Source: Mizuhopecten yessoensis (taxonomy: Eukaryota). From it: DNA of 64,000 nucleotides. The stretch lies in assembly GCF_002113885.1 (NCBI RefSeq), contig NW_018408013.1:859690-923689 (forward strand). The letters are read 5' to 3'. Under the pieces are notes generated by a model. It was not told the origin of the DNA and did not search any database. It saw only the letters and a list, made by a program, of their open reading frames with translations. Below, piece after piece: positions 53,517 to 64,000 of this stretch (the first letter of the stretch is position 1; each line of letters starts with the position of its first letter). The translations under genes and the position numbers were made by a program.

Positions 53517-54569
53517 GTATTTATCTGCGATACCGGCTGGTGGAAGGGTGAGATAGGTGATTTGTACAATGTATTTCTATTTTAATACGTCATGTCTATT
53601 TAAGTCATGTTGAGCAAATCAATTAAGTATTGATTTTTCAATATATTTTTAAAAATTGTTAGGAAAATAAAAGTAGTTTACATAGTAAAAAGTCTTTTTG
53701 TTTTTGCTTTACGTTCTGAACCAGAATTGCATCAAGGGGCGGTTCTAGCTGCAATTGCCATCACATTTTGCTTACAATATATTCGTTTTCGCTATATTTT
53801 CCCCTTGAAAGCTGATATAACACTCCAAGGAAAGGGGACAGAAATGTTCAACTAACTCAAAAATAATTCAACCGCACCATGGATTTGTAAACAACCCGAG
53901 ATTTGCATTTAAATAAGGTACCGATCGCATGGTCGTAAATATTATCATGCATTCCTGTTTCTTGTCATAAAACTATGAAATTTACAAAGATGAACTTTGG
54001 AAAAATAATTACGTTTGCATTTTTAAGAATTAGTTTATGACATATTGATACAGTTTTAATACTGAAAACAGATTTAATCACATCGAAACGTCAGCAAAAG
54101 GGCCAACAGGGACTCAAATTCGTCACAGAATCACAACAATTGTAACAGAGGAGACACCAAAGACAAATAATAATTATGCTTCTTATCTGACTAAGCCTGG
54201 CAGTGTCTTCCGTTTAGTGTTTATTATATTGACGTCCTGCATCATAAGTCCGTCTAGAAAATAGTCCATCGTGCTGTAGCAATGAAAGAAAAAAATCATG
54301 ACAGATGACCGAGGAATCAACTCCGCCTCCATTTGTATGTTATCTGTATGGACACATTAAGTAAAAAAAAATGTATTTAGAAACAAAATGCACACAAACA
54401 CGCGATTTCATCTAAAAGCAGTTCATTAGGTTATATTGGTCTGCAAACACAAGTAAATACACCTTCCTTTGCAATACAGTTGTCAATAATTGATATTGTA
54501 CAAAATGGTCATATCTGTCGCGTCGGATTCGTAGAATAACATTATGAAATAATATAACATATGTTTAAT

Positions 54570-56075
54570 TACTTTTGCATACCTCCACTATCAGCAGCAT
54601 GAGTCATATCAGCGTCACCACGAAAGAGGAATACCTCTAGCCACCGAGCACTGTTCCATCCGGAGTACATAGCATACCAGACCATGTCCTGTTCGTTGTG
54701 CCAGAAATGGACCACAACTGCAGGGAATGGAGGCTCTGCCTGGAACAACAGTGGTTGCATTTGTCTGCACCTCGACCCAGTGAAAAAAACTCACCAGTAA
54801 ACATCCTTTGTGCCCTTGTAGGCAGTCTCCTTCGAGTTAACTGCATAACACAGTGTTAGATAGAGTATTGAACTCAAAGTAAACCAATGCCTTGGAAGAT
54901 GCCAAAAAAGTTCCAATAATGCATCGAACACCAGTCATAGGAGTGTTGAGGAGTTTGTAGAGTGTCAGACTGAGGTACCTCGGGAACAATTTGAGAGCAC
55001 TGTCGTCTCAAGTGGAAGCTGTGTACTTATGCTGGTCGAAGGAACAGACGTACAGACGCGAAAACATGTGGCCCTTGTGACATGCAACATTGATAATGGT
55101 GAGGCAAAGCTGACATTTCTAAAAGACATCCGGTTACCAAATGGAGTAGCACAGACAGTTTACGATACAACGAAGGAGTACCTGGTGGAATCTAGATTGT
55201 CTTTGACGACACTGACATCGTTTGCCAGTGATGACCCCTTTCTTACGCTTGGAAGGAAGGGTTGTGTTTTTGTATGACAAGAATGACAGCCAACTCTCAC
55301 CATCATGCATTACATGAACCACTGTCTGCAACTGGCAGTATCAAAGGCAATCAAGGCAATCCCGCATATTGAAAAATACAGGCGAGATTCTGGTGGGTCT
55401 TTTAAAATACTACCATTACATCAAGAGTCCGAACAGAGCTTTAAATGCCATATGCATGCAGATCCTCCTGAGAGATATAGGTGAGCTTGAGACCTATATG
55501 TGCACTTAATATTGAAGAAGACCCCACACATCGGGTGGCTGAGCCATGAGAGTGCCCTGCAGACTGTTTGCAAGCTGTACATACCAATCGCAAGGGAACT
55601 GGAAAATGCTGTCACATCAGGTCTAGAAAATACTCTGGGAGACAGATCAGGGACACCAGCAGAATCTCTTAGGAAGGTGATGCAGTCCTTAAGGAAGGTC
55701 TACTTTCTCCATCTTCTGTGTGATGTTTGCGCTATGTGGCCTCTCTCACCAGGGTGTCCGATAAGGTTACGGACCGCTCCGTGATAACGCCCAATATGTA
55801 GCCCACTATCACCAACCGTCAGAACCTGAAACGGAGACCAGGACCTTGCCTGTCCAAGATGACCAGCGTCACAGAGGCATTGGACTAGACAGCGACTGAT
55901 GATGTTGATGTTATACGAGAGAGTTTCATCAACGCGTTAGTGGAGAACACTGGGGCAGGATTGAGAATACGGAACTGGTGCCAGCCCTAGCTGTCCTGAA
56001 CCTTTCATGGGTCTCGGGGGACGCCTGGATTAGCCATCTGACGCTATTAGTGCCCTTTTCGAAGCCAATCTCCAT
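54570..56075 (+). mobile_element. Degraded hAT (ZNF862-like) DNA transposase
   Basis: LMLVEGTDV (DESTD-like), FLKDIRLPNGVAQTV, FASDD (SDGA-like), HYMNHCLQLAV (HCxxHxLxLA-like), GWLSHESAL (RWLS-like); several frameshifts. Confidence 0.8.
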
Positions 56076-56079
56076 GCCT

Positions 56080-57090
56080 TTAAAACTCTTACACTGTGGG
56101 AAACATTACCTATTTCCAACCTAATATTAATCAACCTAAGCAGAACTAGTGCAAAAATATCCTTATACTAAATAAGATATTTGTTTAGTATCATATGAAT
56201 ACCAGCAGATTTAGTTCAGTTGTAAAGAGTGGAGTTCCTAAAGGAACAATTCCTGGTCCACCATTTTTCTTCTAGTATATATTAATGATCTACATCTTAC
56301 CATAGACGACAGCAGAGCAAATATTTTTGCTGATGATGCGACAAGATCCTGTCATTCAAAGTCAGTTATAGAGACTGGAAATGAATTAAGCAATGCTTGT
56401 ACTGTTAAACACGATTGGTGCATGAGAATAAATATAAGTAAGCTCAAAGCTACGCTCATTTCAAGAGAATCACCTAATCAAACAAGGCCTTAAGGTTACA
56501 GCCAGTTGTATAGAATATGTAAAACCTCCTAAGATGTTAGGTTCGGTATCCAAGACGATTTTGTCATGGTCAACCCAAATTTACTATGTAACTTAAAAAA
56601 TAAATAAATTCACCTTTGAGTTAAAAAAAATGTCTTAAATGAGATACTCCGATTCTTTTCTATAAGGCATATATATACATGTACAACCTCATTTAGATTA
56701 TTGCTGCACAGTCTGGGTAATGCTGTATCCTTTCATCTTAATAAACTACACAAAAAAGCAAATAGCTCGCATTTATCCTGACTAGGCTATCCCAATGATA
56801 TAACATAGGATGAAATGTTCAATAAACTCAAAATTATACCAATTATTGTAGAATACATTTCCAGAAAGCAATGTTTATGTATAAACAATAAATAAACTGA
56901 CACCTGACTATTCAACTAATCAATTTAAGTAATGATCCAACATTCACAATTACGACTCGAGATCATTGTTTTTATTATGAGGCCTTTTTCAGAATTACAT
57001 AAGCGTACTTTCAATAACCCTGATCAGTCGTTTGCAGTTCCATCCCTGTAGATGTTAGATCGGCTAAATCACCTAAGAACTTTATTTCTT
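56080..57090 (+). mobile_element. Degraded CR1/L2 LINE reverse transcriptase relic
   Basis: SGVPKGTIPGP (GVPQGSILGP-like), INDL, IFADD and DYCCTVW motifs, interrupted by stops and frameshifts. Confidence 0.8.
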
Positions 57091-57403
57091 TTTGTTTCCT
57101 GGGGATCGATTTGGTGTAGCAATCTGGCTTGTGAAATTACGTAAAGTACTAATGGAATTATTCCAAAAGAGAAACAAATAAGTCTATATAAAAATATGTG
57201 GGTTGGTTATGTGTATAACTACGGTATCAAAGAGTTAAATCACCGTTGCATTGACGCTTGTACACTATTTACTAGCAACTAAGTCCTACAAACGTTTTAG
57301 TGATCAGATGATATCCTCCGATGCAGAATGCGGAAGCCGTGATGAAAACGAATACGAAGTTAATGACGATTCAAACTTGTAACTGAATTTCCATTGTCCA
57401 AAT

Positions 57404-60400
57404 ATGTTTGGTAGAAAGAAAGAAGCAGTTGATCCTCCTAAAAGGAAAGGAGCCGATTTAATGAACCAGGTAAGAGCCTAAGACAATTTTTTTTTTCAGA
57501 CGTCAACAAGTAGCTGCTTCAGCATATGACCATGATGACACATAGTCATACAATTACTACGGTATACATCTGAACATGCATAGTGGAGTAAATAAATGCA
57601 ATACTTGAATATAATTTTGCCCCTCTTAATCAGTATCCACAGTCAAAGAATGCCATATAGCGACATAAATGGTAGACAAATAAGTGTGGTCGTCAATACC
57701 TAATTCAGTAATTGGTTGCTATGAAGCACCGGCAAATCTTGCTATGTAGTGAAATAGATGTGCCCGAAATCATTGCGACCATAGGTAACTTATATGCTTA
57801 CTTTTGCCTTATAAACTTTAAGTCATGTTATACTATAGCCAGATTTGCCTTTGCTCCATTAACGTGACGCTACCACAATTGGTACAATTTTGACAGTTTT
57901 TTTAGTGATCTTTAAAAATTCAGATCTTGTATCTGGAATGTTTCTTGATTCTTGACAAAGACTACCTATGGAGGTTCATTTTCAGGAAAAGATTTATATC
58001 TAAGTAATTTATTTTTGAAAATAGATCGCTAAACTCGGAGTGAGATTTCGTCCGTTTTTCGGCCGTAAATAATACCCAAATTGGTACACCATATCACAGG
58101 CTATGGAAATTGTTTATATTTCTACAAGTTGATGTGCCGATTACAACAAAATATATTGCTTTTATAGATACCACACTGAACTATAATTGTATATATTTAC
58201 TTTTATATTATCCGAATATAAGGACCAGAAATCAACATTTAAACATGCTTATATTTAACCCCTTGAAAATCCTCCAAAGTTTCGTCGACGTACGTCTTTT
58301 TTACTGGTTTTCCGATATGTTTACTTTCAAGTCATCGTGTACTCTTAAAATGTTCCTGAAAACAAAACTATTCGGCAGAAATGCTGTTAAATGTCTATTT
58401 TGTTATACTGTTAATGGAAAATGCTCAAATTTAATTTTAAAGTACTATTCGAACAATTTTCTGACCGTGTACCAATTTGGGTAGTGTACCAATTGTGGTA
58501 GCGTGACGTTACCCGATTGATCAAGTTAGAGACCTAGCTATTCATCTTCTTCTACTTCCAATAATATGCATATATACCGCCTCTGGTGTATTGTTGCAGA
58601 TGAGATGTGACAAAATGATTACCTGGTATACATGTATGTATGGGTTGATGTATATCAGAAGTGTGAAAAATGTATCCAACTAGTGTTCAGTACATTAATT
58701 TCTTAACGGGTTATGAAACACAAAATTACCTACATGTACCAGGTCCAGTACACTGCCGATTGAGCTATATAGCTATAAAGACCTATATAGCTATATACAC
58801 CTATAAATTATAGCTGTATTGAGCTATATTTCCTCAGATTTCAAATTTAATTAAATTGAAGCAAAGTCGCATAAAACAATAAGGTTAATGGTAATGTTGA
58901 CTACAAAAAGCATACATTTAGATGTTTATTTTCATTTTTCATAAATGTAAAATTTCCGATTTCTTTATATTATTATTTTTTAAAAAGAATACTTATATTT
59001 AATGTCTTTTGTTATCAACCTAATGATACAATCTTCTTTTAAATGCAACTTTGTTCCGTTTTCCTTAAAAAAGAAAATCACTTGAAAATAGCTCAAAAGA
59101 CCTATTTCAGATAGGTCAATAGAGCTATTATAGGTCTTTACAGCTATATAGCTCAATCGGCAGAGTGTACTGGACCTGATGTACATGCCAATGCATCAAT
59201 TTCTGAAAACAGTATTTCCAATTGATGGTAAAATTTTGTAGAAGTTCTATCATTTCATCAAGAAAAAACTATATTCAAACCAAAACGCTGTAGGACCTAG
59301 GCCTGGACACAATTTGTTAAAATGTTAAAGGTTTTTTGTTTTTGTTTACTGTATACAGTCTGTTGTGGTAGTGCCAAGGGGCAAGGGGGCACAACAACTA
59401 GGTGGTGTCCTGTGTGTGCTTGATTACGAGAGACTGTCCAGTACTATAGCAGACTACATATACTAGACATTTGTAGTGACATCATCTAATAAATACGTAC
59501 TGCATATGTGAAGCATGAGAGAATCGTTAAGATAGTATAATATGAGATAATGACTGGTGTCTAAAATTACTTGATACCAATCATAAAAAACATAGTCTTA
59601 CAGTGTAATATCATTTATGCTGGTGAATTTGAAATTCTCCTCCTTAAAATTTCTGAGCTGATTTTGGCTGTCATTTTACTATGACATTATCAAGAATCAT
59701 ATTAAGCTTATCCATAACCTTGATATTATCAGAAAAAGTTACCTGGTATTCACTATACATATATGCTCCTTGCTTTAAAAATCTGCTCTAGTCTGTTTTT
59801 AGGGAAGGGGATGTCACCATATGAGTTTCGTTAAAGCATGTGACTTGGCTTCAACCACATTACAACTGTTAAGACAGCTCGCTATGTACAGGTTCTTTAT
59901 CATAGTGGCCATTATAGGTGTATTAACATTTATGATAATCATTATGATACCATCATGATCACAACATCTGAGTTTAGTTGAGGCACTTGTGAGACATTTT
60001 TGCATATTCCTGTACATGTATACCAGGTAATACTTTTGTGTTTCAAAAATGATTTAAGAAGACTTTATATAGTACAAAATATATTATCACAGCTTACATT
60101 GTGTCCAATGTAATATCTATTCCCATCTCCTTTTCCGTTTATGAGATCATTTATGAAAACTCCAGAACCACTTTTCACTTTACGGCTTTTGGGTCTGTGG
60201 TGGACAAGTGGTTAAGGCGTCTGACATTCTGCTACCACTAGCTCTCCACCACTAGGTTGGGGAGAGGCCAAGTGGTTAAGATGTCTTACATTATATCTGC
60301 TATCACTAGCTCTCCACCACTGGGTCGCGGGTTCGAGACCTACGTGGGACAGTCGCCAGGTACTGGCCGTAGGTTGGTGGTTTTTCTCCGGGAATTCCGG

Positions 60401-62517
60401 CTTTTCTCCACCACCAAAACCTGGCACGTCCTTAAATGACCATAGCTGTTAATAGGACATAAAACACAAACAAACAAACTTAACACTCTATAGTCTCATG
60501 ATCACAGACAATGTATTGATCAATGCCTATACATCTTTATCCTATAAAATAATGTCTATTCTCATTCAAATGTGTGCACTGGTTTATGACCATTGACCTA
60601 TTTCACTGGTTAGTTGTCTGTCTGACTTTATGTGGCTATAATGTCCAAATGTAGCTGATCACTGTATGTATGATGACTGAGGCATCAATCACATCTCCCA
60701 GTGACAGCTGTATGGAAGTGGAATGGTCTACATCCAGAGGGACATTTCTGATTTCAGACCAGAAACAGAACTGCCTAGTTCTTGTACCTCTGGTATGCAC
60801 AAGTATTGTCTTTTAACTCATTCACCCCTGAAATTTCATAATGAACTATTCCAACCTTTGAATTGGAAGAGTTCAAATGTGTCTTCAGAGGTGAATGAGT
60901 TAACTCAAATTGTAGTACCATATATAGTTAATCACAGTTTATATGATGCTGTCATACTATTTCAAAAGTACATCATTATACATACAAAGTTTTAAACAGG
61001 ATTACCCAGTCATCTTAGATTTCACATTCATGAGACCAAGTGCTGTACCTGAGGTTTAAATCACTAACATTCCAGAAAGCTGGAAATCAAAAGTGTTCTG
61101 TAATGTTGATCTAGAGTAGTGGTACAGTAATTAAAGCTTGTGCAGATCAATGTCTACTGATTTGGCTGGGTGAATTCAGACCCTAGAATTAATGCTGTCA
61201 GGAGTTTTCTTCCGTTTTCCGTCAACACTAGTACTCGATCAACTGAATATAACAGCACACATTATATTGATACGGAATTTGCAATTGGTGTTTGTTGATC
61301 TTTGAATAATGTATCAGTAAATATTCAGGAAATAGGTTGAAACTAAGGGGTGTCAGAATACGCCCAGAGTGTATCACGATATATTGCAATACAGAAGGAA
61401 TGTATTGCGATACGTATCCCGATATATTGTCATAGGAAGGATGTGCTCAATTTTATAATAAGTTGTTGTCAGAATGATATCAAACTTAATCATAAATAAT
61501 ATGGATTACATAGATTTAAGATTTTTGTCAAATCATCCATCGATTACAAAATTTGAACTGTTAAAAGCCTGCTTTTAGCTAAATAGGCATATCTGTTAGA
61601 ATATTTGCAGTAATTTGCAAGGTTAAAACACCAAGCAGATACATAAAACATGCTTTTGAACAATATTGCGATACAGCAATATATCATCTCTGTATTGTGG
61701 TACGATACGATATACCCGTGTATTGCAGTATACCTGTTTTACAATATATTTTGACATCCCTATAGAAACTATTTTTTTTTCAATTGCCAGCTTGGATTTG
61801 CTGGCAATATGGGTGGGCATGGAATGGATGATGACGATGATGCAGCATTAGAAGCAGAGTTACTTGCCCTTCAAGGCGAGGGGCCACCTAAGCCTAGGAC
61901 AAAAGACAAGAAAGGTTGGTGCTCATTGCAAAATCTTATTTGCCCTTTAAATGATTTTATTTCCTTAATAGGCTTCACTAGAAAATTAATGACATTTGTG
62001 TACATGTGGCGTTCATATATTTTGTTTAATATGTCCACTACATGAACCCAAACCTCATTGAAGTTGCAGTCATAGCACTATGAACATAAGTGATGTTACA
62101 TGATTTTGTTATAATTACCATTTTAACTGTTTTTCACAGAACATGGGACTACCAAGACAAAATCCATAAATTTTGTTTTGAGAATTTGGCTAAAGTTTTA
62201 TTTGTGGATTTGAAGAAAAAACAGAAATGGCCTCCATGAAAGCTATAGGTCCATGTCCCAAGACCAGATGCCAATGAATAGCATTCTGGCTTAAGTATAC
62301 CAAAGACTGATGTGGGTCAATTCTCAAATCAGATGCAACAAGGTAGCAGGCTAGGTCAGCAACCAGATGAACTTTCTTGCTAAGAGTTGTGTACTGTTGT
62401 TTGTTAAGAAAAAACCCAAACTAACTTACCAAGTTGTGATTTTAGATTGTGTTTACAAGTTTATGTAATGAAATATTTCCACATGGAAAGCAAAGGTCGA
62501 CCATGTATGTATGTATG

Positions 62518-62549
<32 letters not shown>

Positions 62550-63624
62550 TATGTATATGTATATGTATGTTTGTATGTTTGAACATTACCCCCAAAGTGT
62601 TTACATGAGTGCCTGTAAGGATCATTTATAAACGATTTCAGAAGGTCGGGGCGTAAAAATTATACAGGGATAATTTTATCTCAATATCAAGAATTTACAA
62701 AGGACCTTCTGAATTATCATTTGTAAATGATCCTTACCGACACCCATGTAAACATTTTGAGGGTAATTATGAATCATCATTTATGTCTTACTGTATTTTT
62801 TTTCTCATTATGTTTTTTTCATGGATCATGTGTTGTGTTTTGAACAGGCAAAGATCTTGTGAGTCTACAAGATATTGGTAAGATGGCTGATGACTGTATG
62901 AAGGATATCAATAGTGAGGAAGAGATGTCTGATACAGAAGATCCCGATTTATTGGTAGGTTACATCAGTCTGTCCCATAACTAAGTAAACCTAATACGTC
63001 AGTTATGATAGTGTCTGCTCTGCTGTAGTGCAATCTAAAAAATAATGTATCCACAAAGAAATGTTAACTCATTCACTCCTGAAATTTCATAATGAACTAT
63101 TCCAACCATTGAATTGGAAGAGTAAAAATGTGTCTTCAGGGGTGAATGAGTTAAGGAAAAATCCTGCCTTGCTAGCACGCTAGCATTTCAAACAATTTGG
63201 TATAACCCTGGGACTTGCTCACTAGGTCAGCAACTTCGGGCATGGTCAGTGGGCAGATGGATGACAGCTGCAGTTTGCATGTTACAATATGCGTAGCCTG
63301 TGTACATACACTGTAATTGCATAATTCTGTTTAAACACTGAAAGAAAATCTATTGAAATTATCAGTTTCTTTCTAAGAATTTCAAAATAAATATTTGGAA
63401 GCCTTTTTTGTAATTTTAAGGCAGAGCTTCAAGATCTTGAGGCTGAGGATGATGATGACGATGAACAAGAAACCCCTTCTTCACAGAGTGCATCTGTGCC
63501 ACAGCAGAGCGTCGACATGCTTTCTGTAGTTCAGGAACGTCTGTCCCTGTACCAACAGGCACAGCAGGCTGCCAAGGAGGCAGGCGACAGCTCCAAACAG
63601 AGACGCCTGGAAAGGGGCATTAAG
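57404..63624 (+). CDS. CC2D1: Coiled-coil and C2 domain-containing protein 1 (CC2D1A/B, Lgd homologue), first four coding exons; continues past the right edge
   Basis: Exons 57404-57469 (MFGRKKEAVDPPKRKGADLMNQ), 61791-61914 (DDDAALEAELLAL), 62848-62954 (DDCMKD...EDPDLL), 63421-63624 (ERLSLYQQAQQAAKEAGDSSKQRRLERGIK, first DM14 repeat). Splice phases are consistent. Confidence 0.88.
57860..58511. mobile_element. MITE with 27-bp TIRs
   Basis: taacgtgacgctaccacaattggtaca (57860-57886) versus its reverse complement at 58485-58511, one mismatch. A nested 17-bp IR sits at 58073-58089 / 58467-58483. Confidence 0.8.
58740..59178. mobile_element. MITE with ~50-bp TIRs (CAGG...CCTG) and 6-bp TSD
   Basis: TIRs at 58740-58787 and 59129-59178; flanked by atgtac at 58734-58739 and 59179-59184. 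Confidence 0.85.
60191..60479 (+). mobile_element. tRNA-derived V-domain SINE with duplicated head, CC2D1 intron 1
   Basis: Two successive caagtggttaag...cactagctctccaccact heads, then B box, V-like domain and a (caaa)n tail. Confidence 0.75.
60813..60903. mobile_element. 91-bp TTAA-flanked mini-MITE, copy 1
   Basis: ttaa-ctcattcacccctgaa ... ttcagaggtgaatgag-ttaa; a same-length near-identical copy lies at 63064-63154. Confidence 0.8.
61345..61762. mobile_element. hAT-type MITE
   Basis: Ends aaggggtgtcagaata / tattttgacatcccta; 8-bp TSD ttgaaact / tagaaact; subterminal tatcg/cgata repeats. Confidence 0.7.
62503..62578. repeat. (ATGT)n/(ATATGT)n microsatellite
   Basis: Directly visible in the sequence. 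Confidence 0.9.
62585..62767. repeat. Foldback inverted repeat (~63-bp imperfect arms)
   Basis: attacccccaaagtgtttacatg...gtaaggatcattt...ttcagaaggtc pairs with gaccttctgaa...aaatgatccttac...catgtaaacattttgagggtaat. Confidence 0.75.
63064..63154. mobile_element. 91-bp TTAA-flanked mini-MITE, copy 2
   Basis: Same TIRs, TTAA flanks and interior as 60813-60903. Confidence 0.8.
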
Positions 63625-63635
63625 GTAATACTAGG

Positions 63636-64000
63636 GACAGTTCAAAATAGGGCACATTGACAGGGGCATAAATGTTATGTACTGTCATGGACAACTCAAA
63701 ATAGGGCACATTGACAGGGGCAGGCATGTTATGTACTGTCATTCACAACTCAAAATAGGGCACATTGACAGGGGGATAGGTGTTGGGGACTTTCATGGAC
63801 AACTCAAAATAGGGCAAATTGACAGGGGCATACATGTTATGTACTGTAATGGATAACTCAAAATAGGGCACGTTGGCAGGGGCATACATGTGGTTTACTG
63901 TCATGGACAACTCAAAATGGGGCACATTGACAGGGGCATACAGGTTATGTACTGTAATGGACAACTCAAAATAGGGCACATTGACAGGGGCATACATGTT
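63636..64000. repeat. 54-bp minisatellite, about 7 copies to the window end, CC2D1 intron 4
   Basis: Unit ggacaactcaaaatagggcacattgacaggggcatacatgttatgtactgtcat. Confidence 0.92.

Overview
AT-rich, intron-containing animal genomic DNA, probably a bivalve mollusc (inferred from the SINE, Helentron-like and Penelope repeats; not provable from this window). The left 41 kb is a tandem cluster of four SLC1A/EAAT-type amino-acid transporter paralogues. A (- strand) is partial and runs off the left edge. B (+) has 8 exons and three disabling lesions. D (+) survives as only two damaged 3' exons. C (-) is intact, with 8 coding exons and 499 aa. The paralogues show non-canonical substrate- and ion-site residues. 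To the right are a tartrate-resistant acid phosphatase gene (ACP5-like, +) and the first four exons of CC2D1/Lgd (+). ACP5 has a CLEAR-type element upstream, an apparent +1 frameshift in its signal-peptide exon, and a 27-bp minisatellite that multiplies one of its splice donors. Non-coding space holds minisatellites, tRNA-derived SINEs, MITEs/foldbacks, Helentron-like elements, a young LINE fragment with a 2A-like motif, and LINE, Penelope and hAT relics. Most short ORFs in the supplied track are spurious. All exon coordinates were read by hand from GT-AG boundaries with phase checks.
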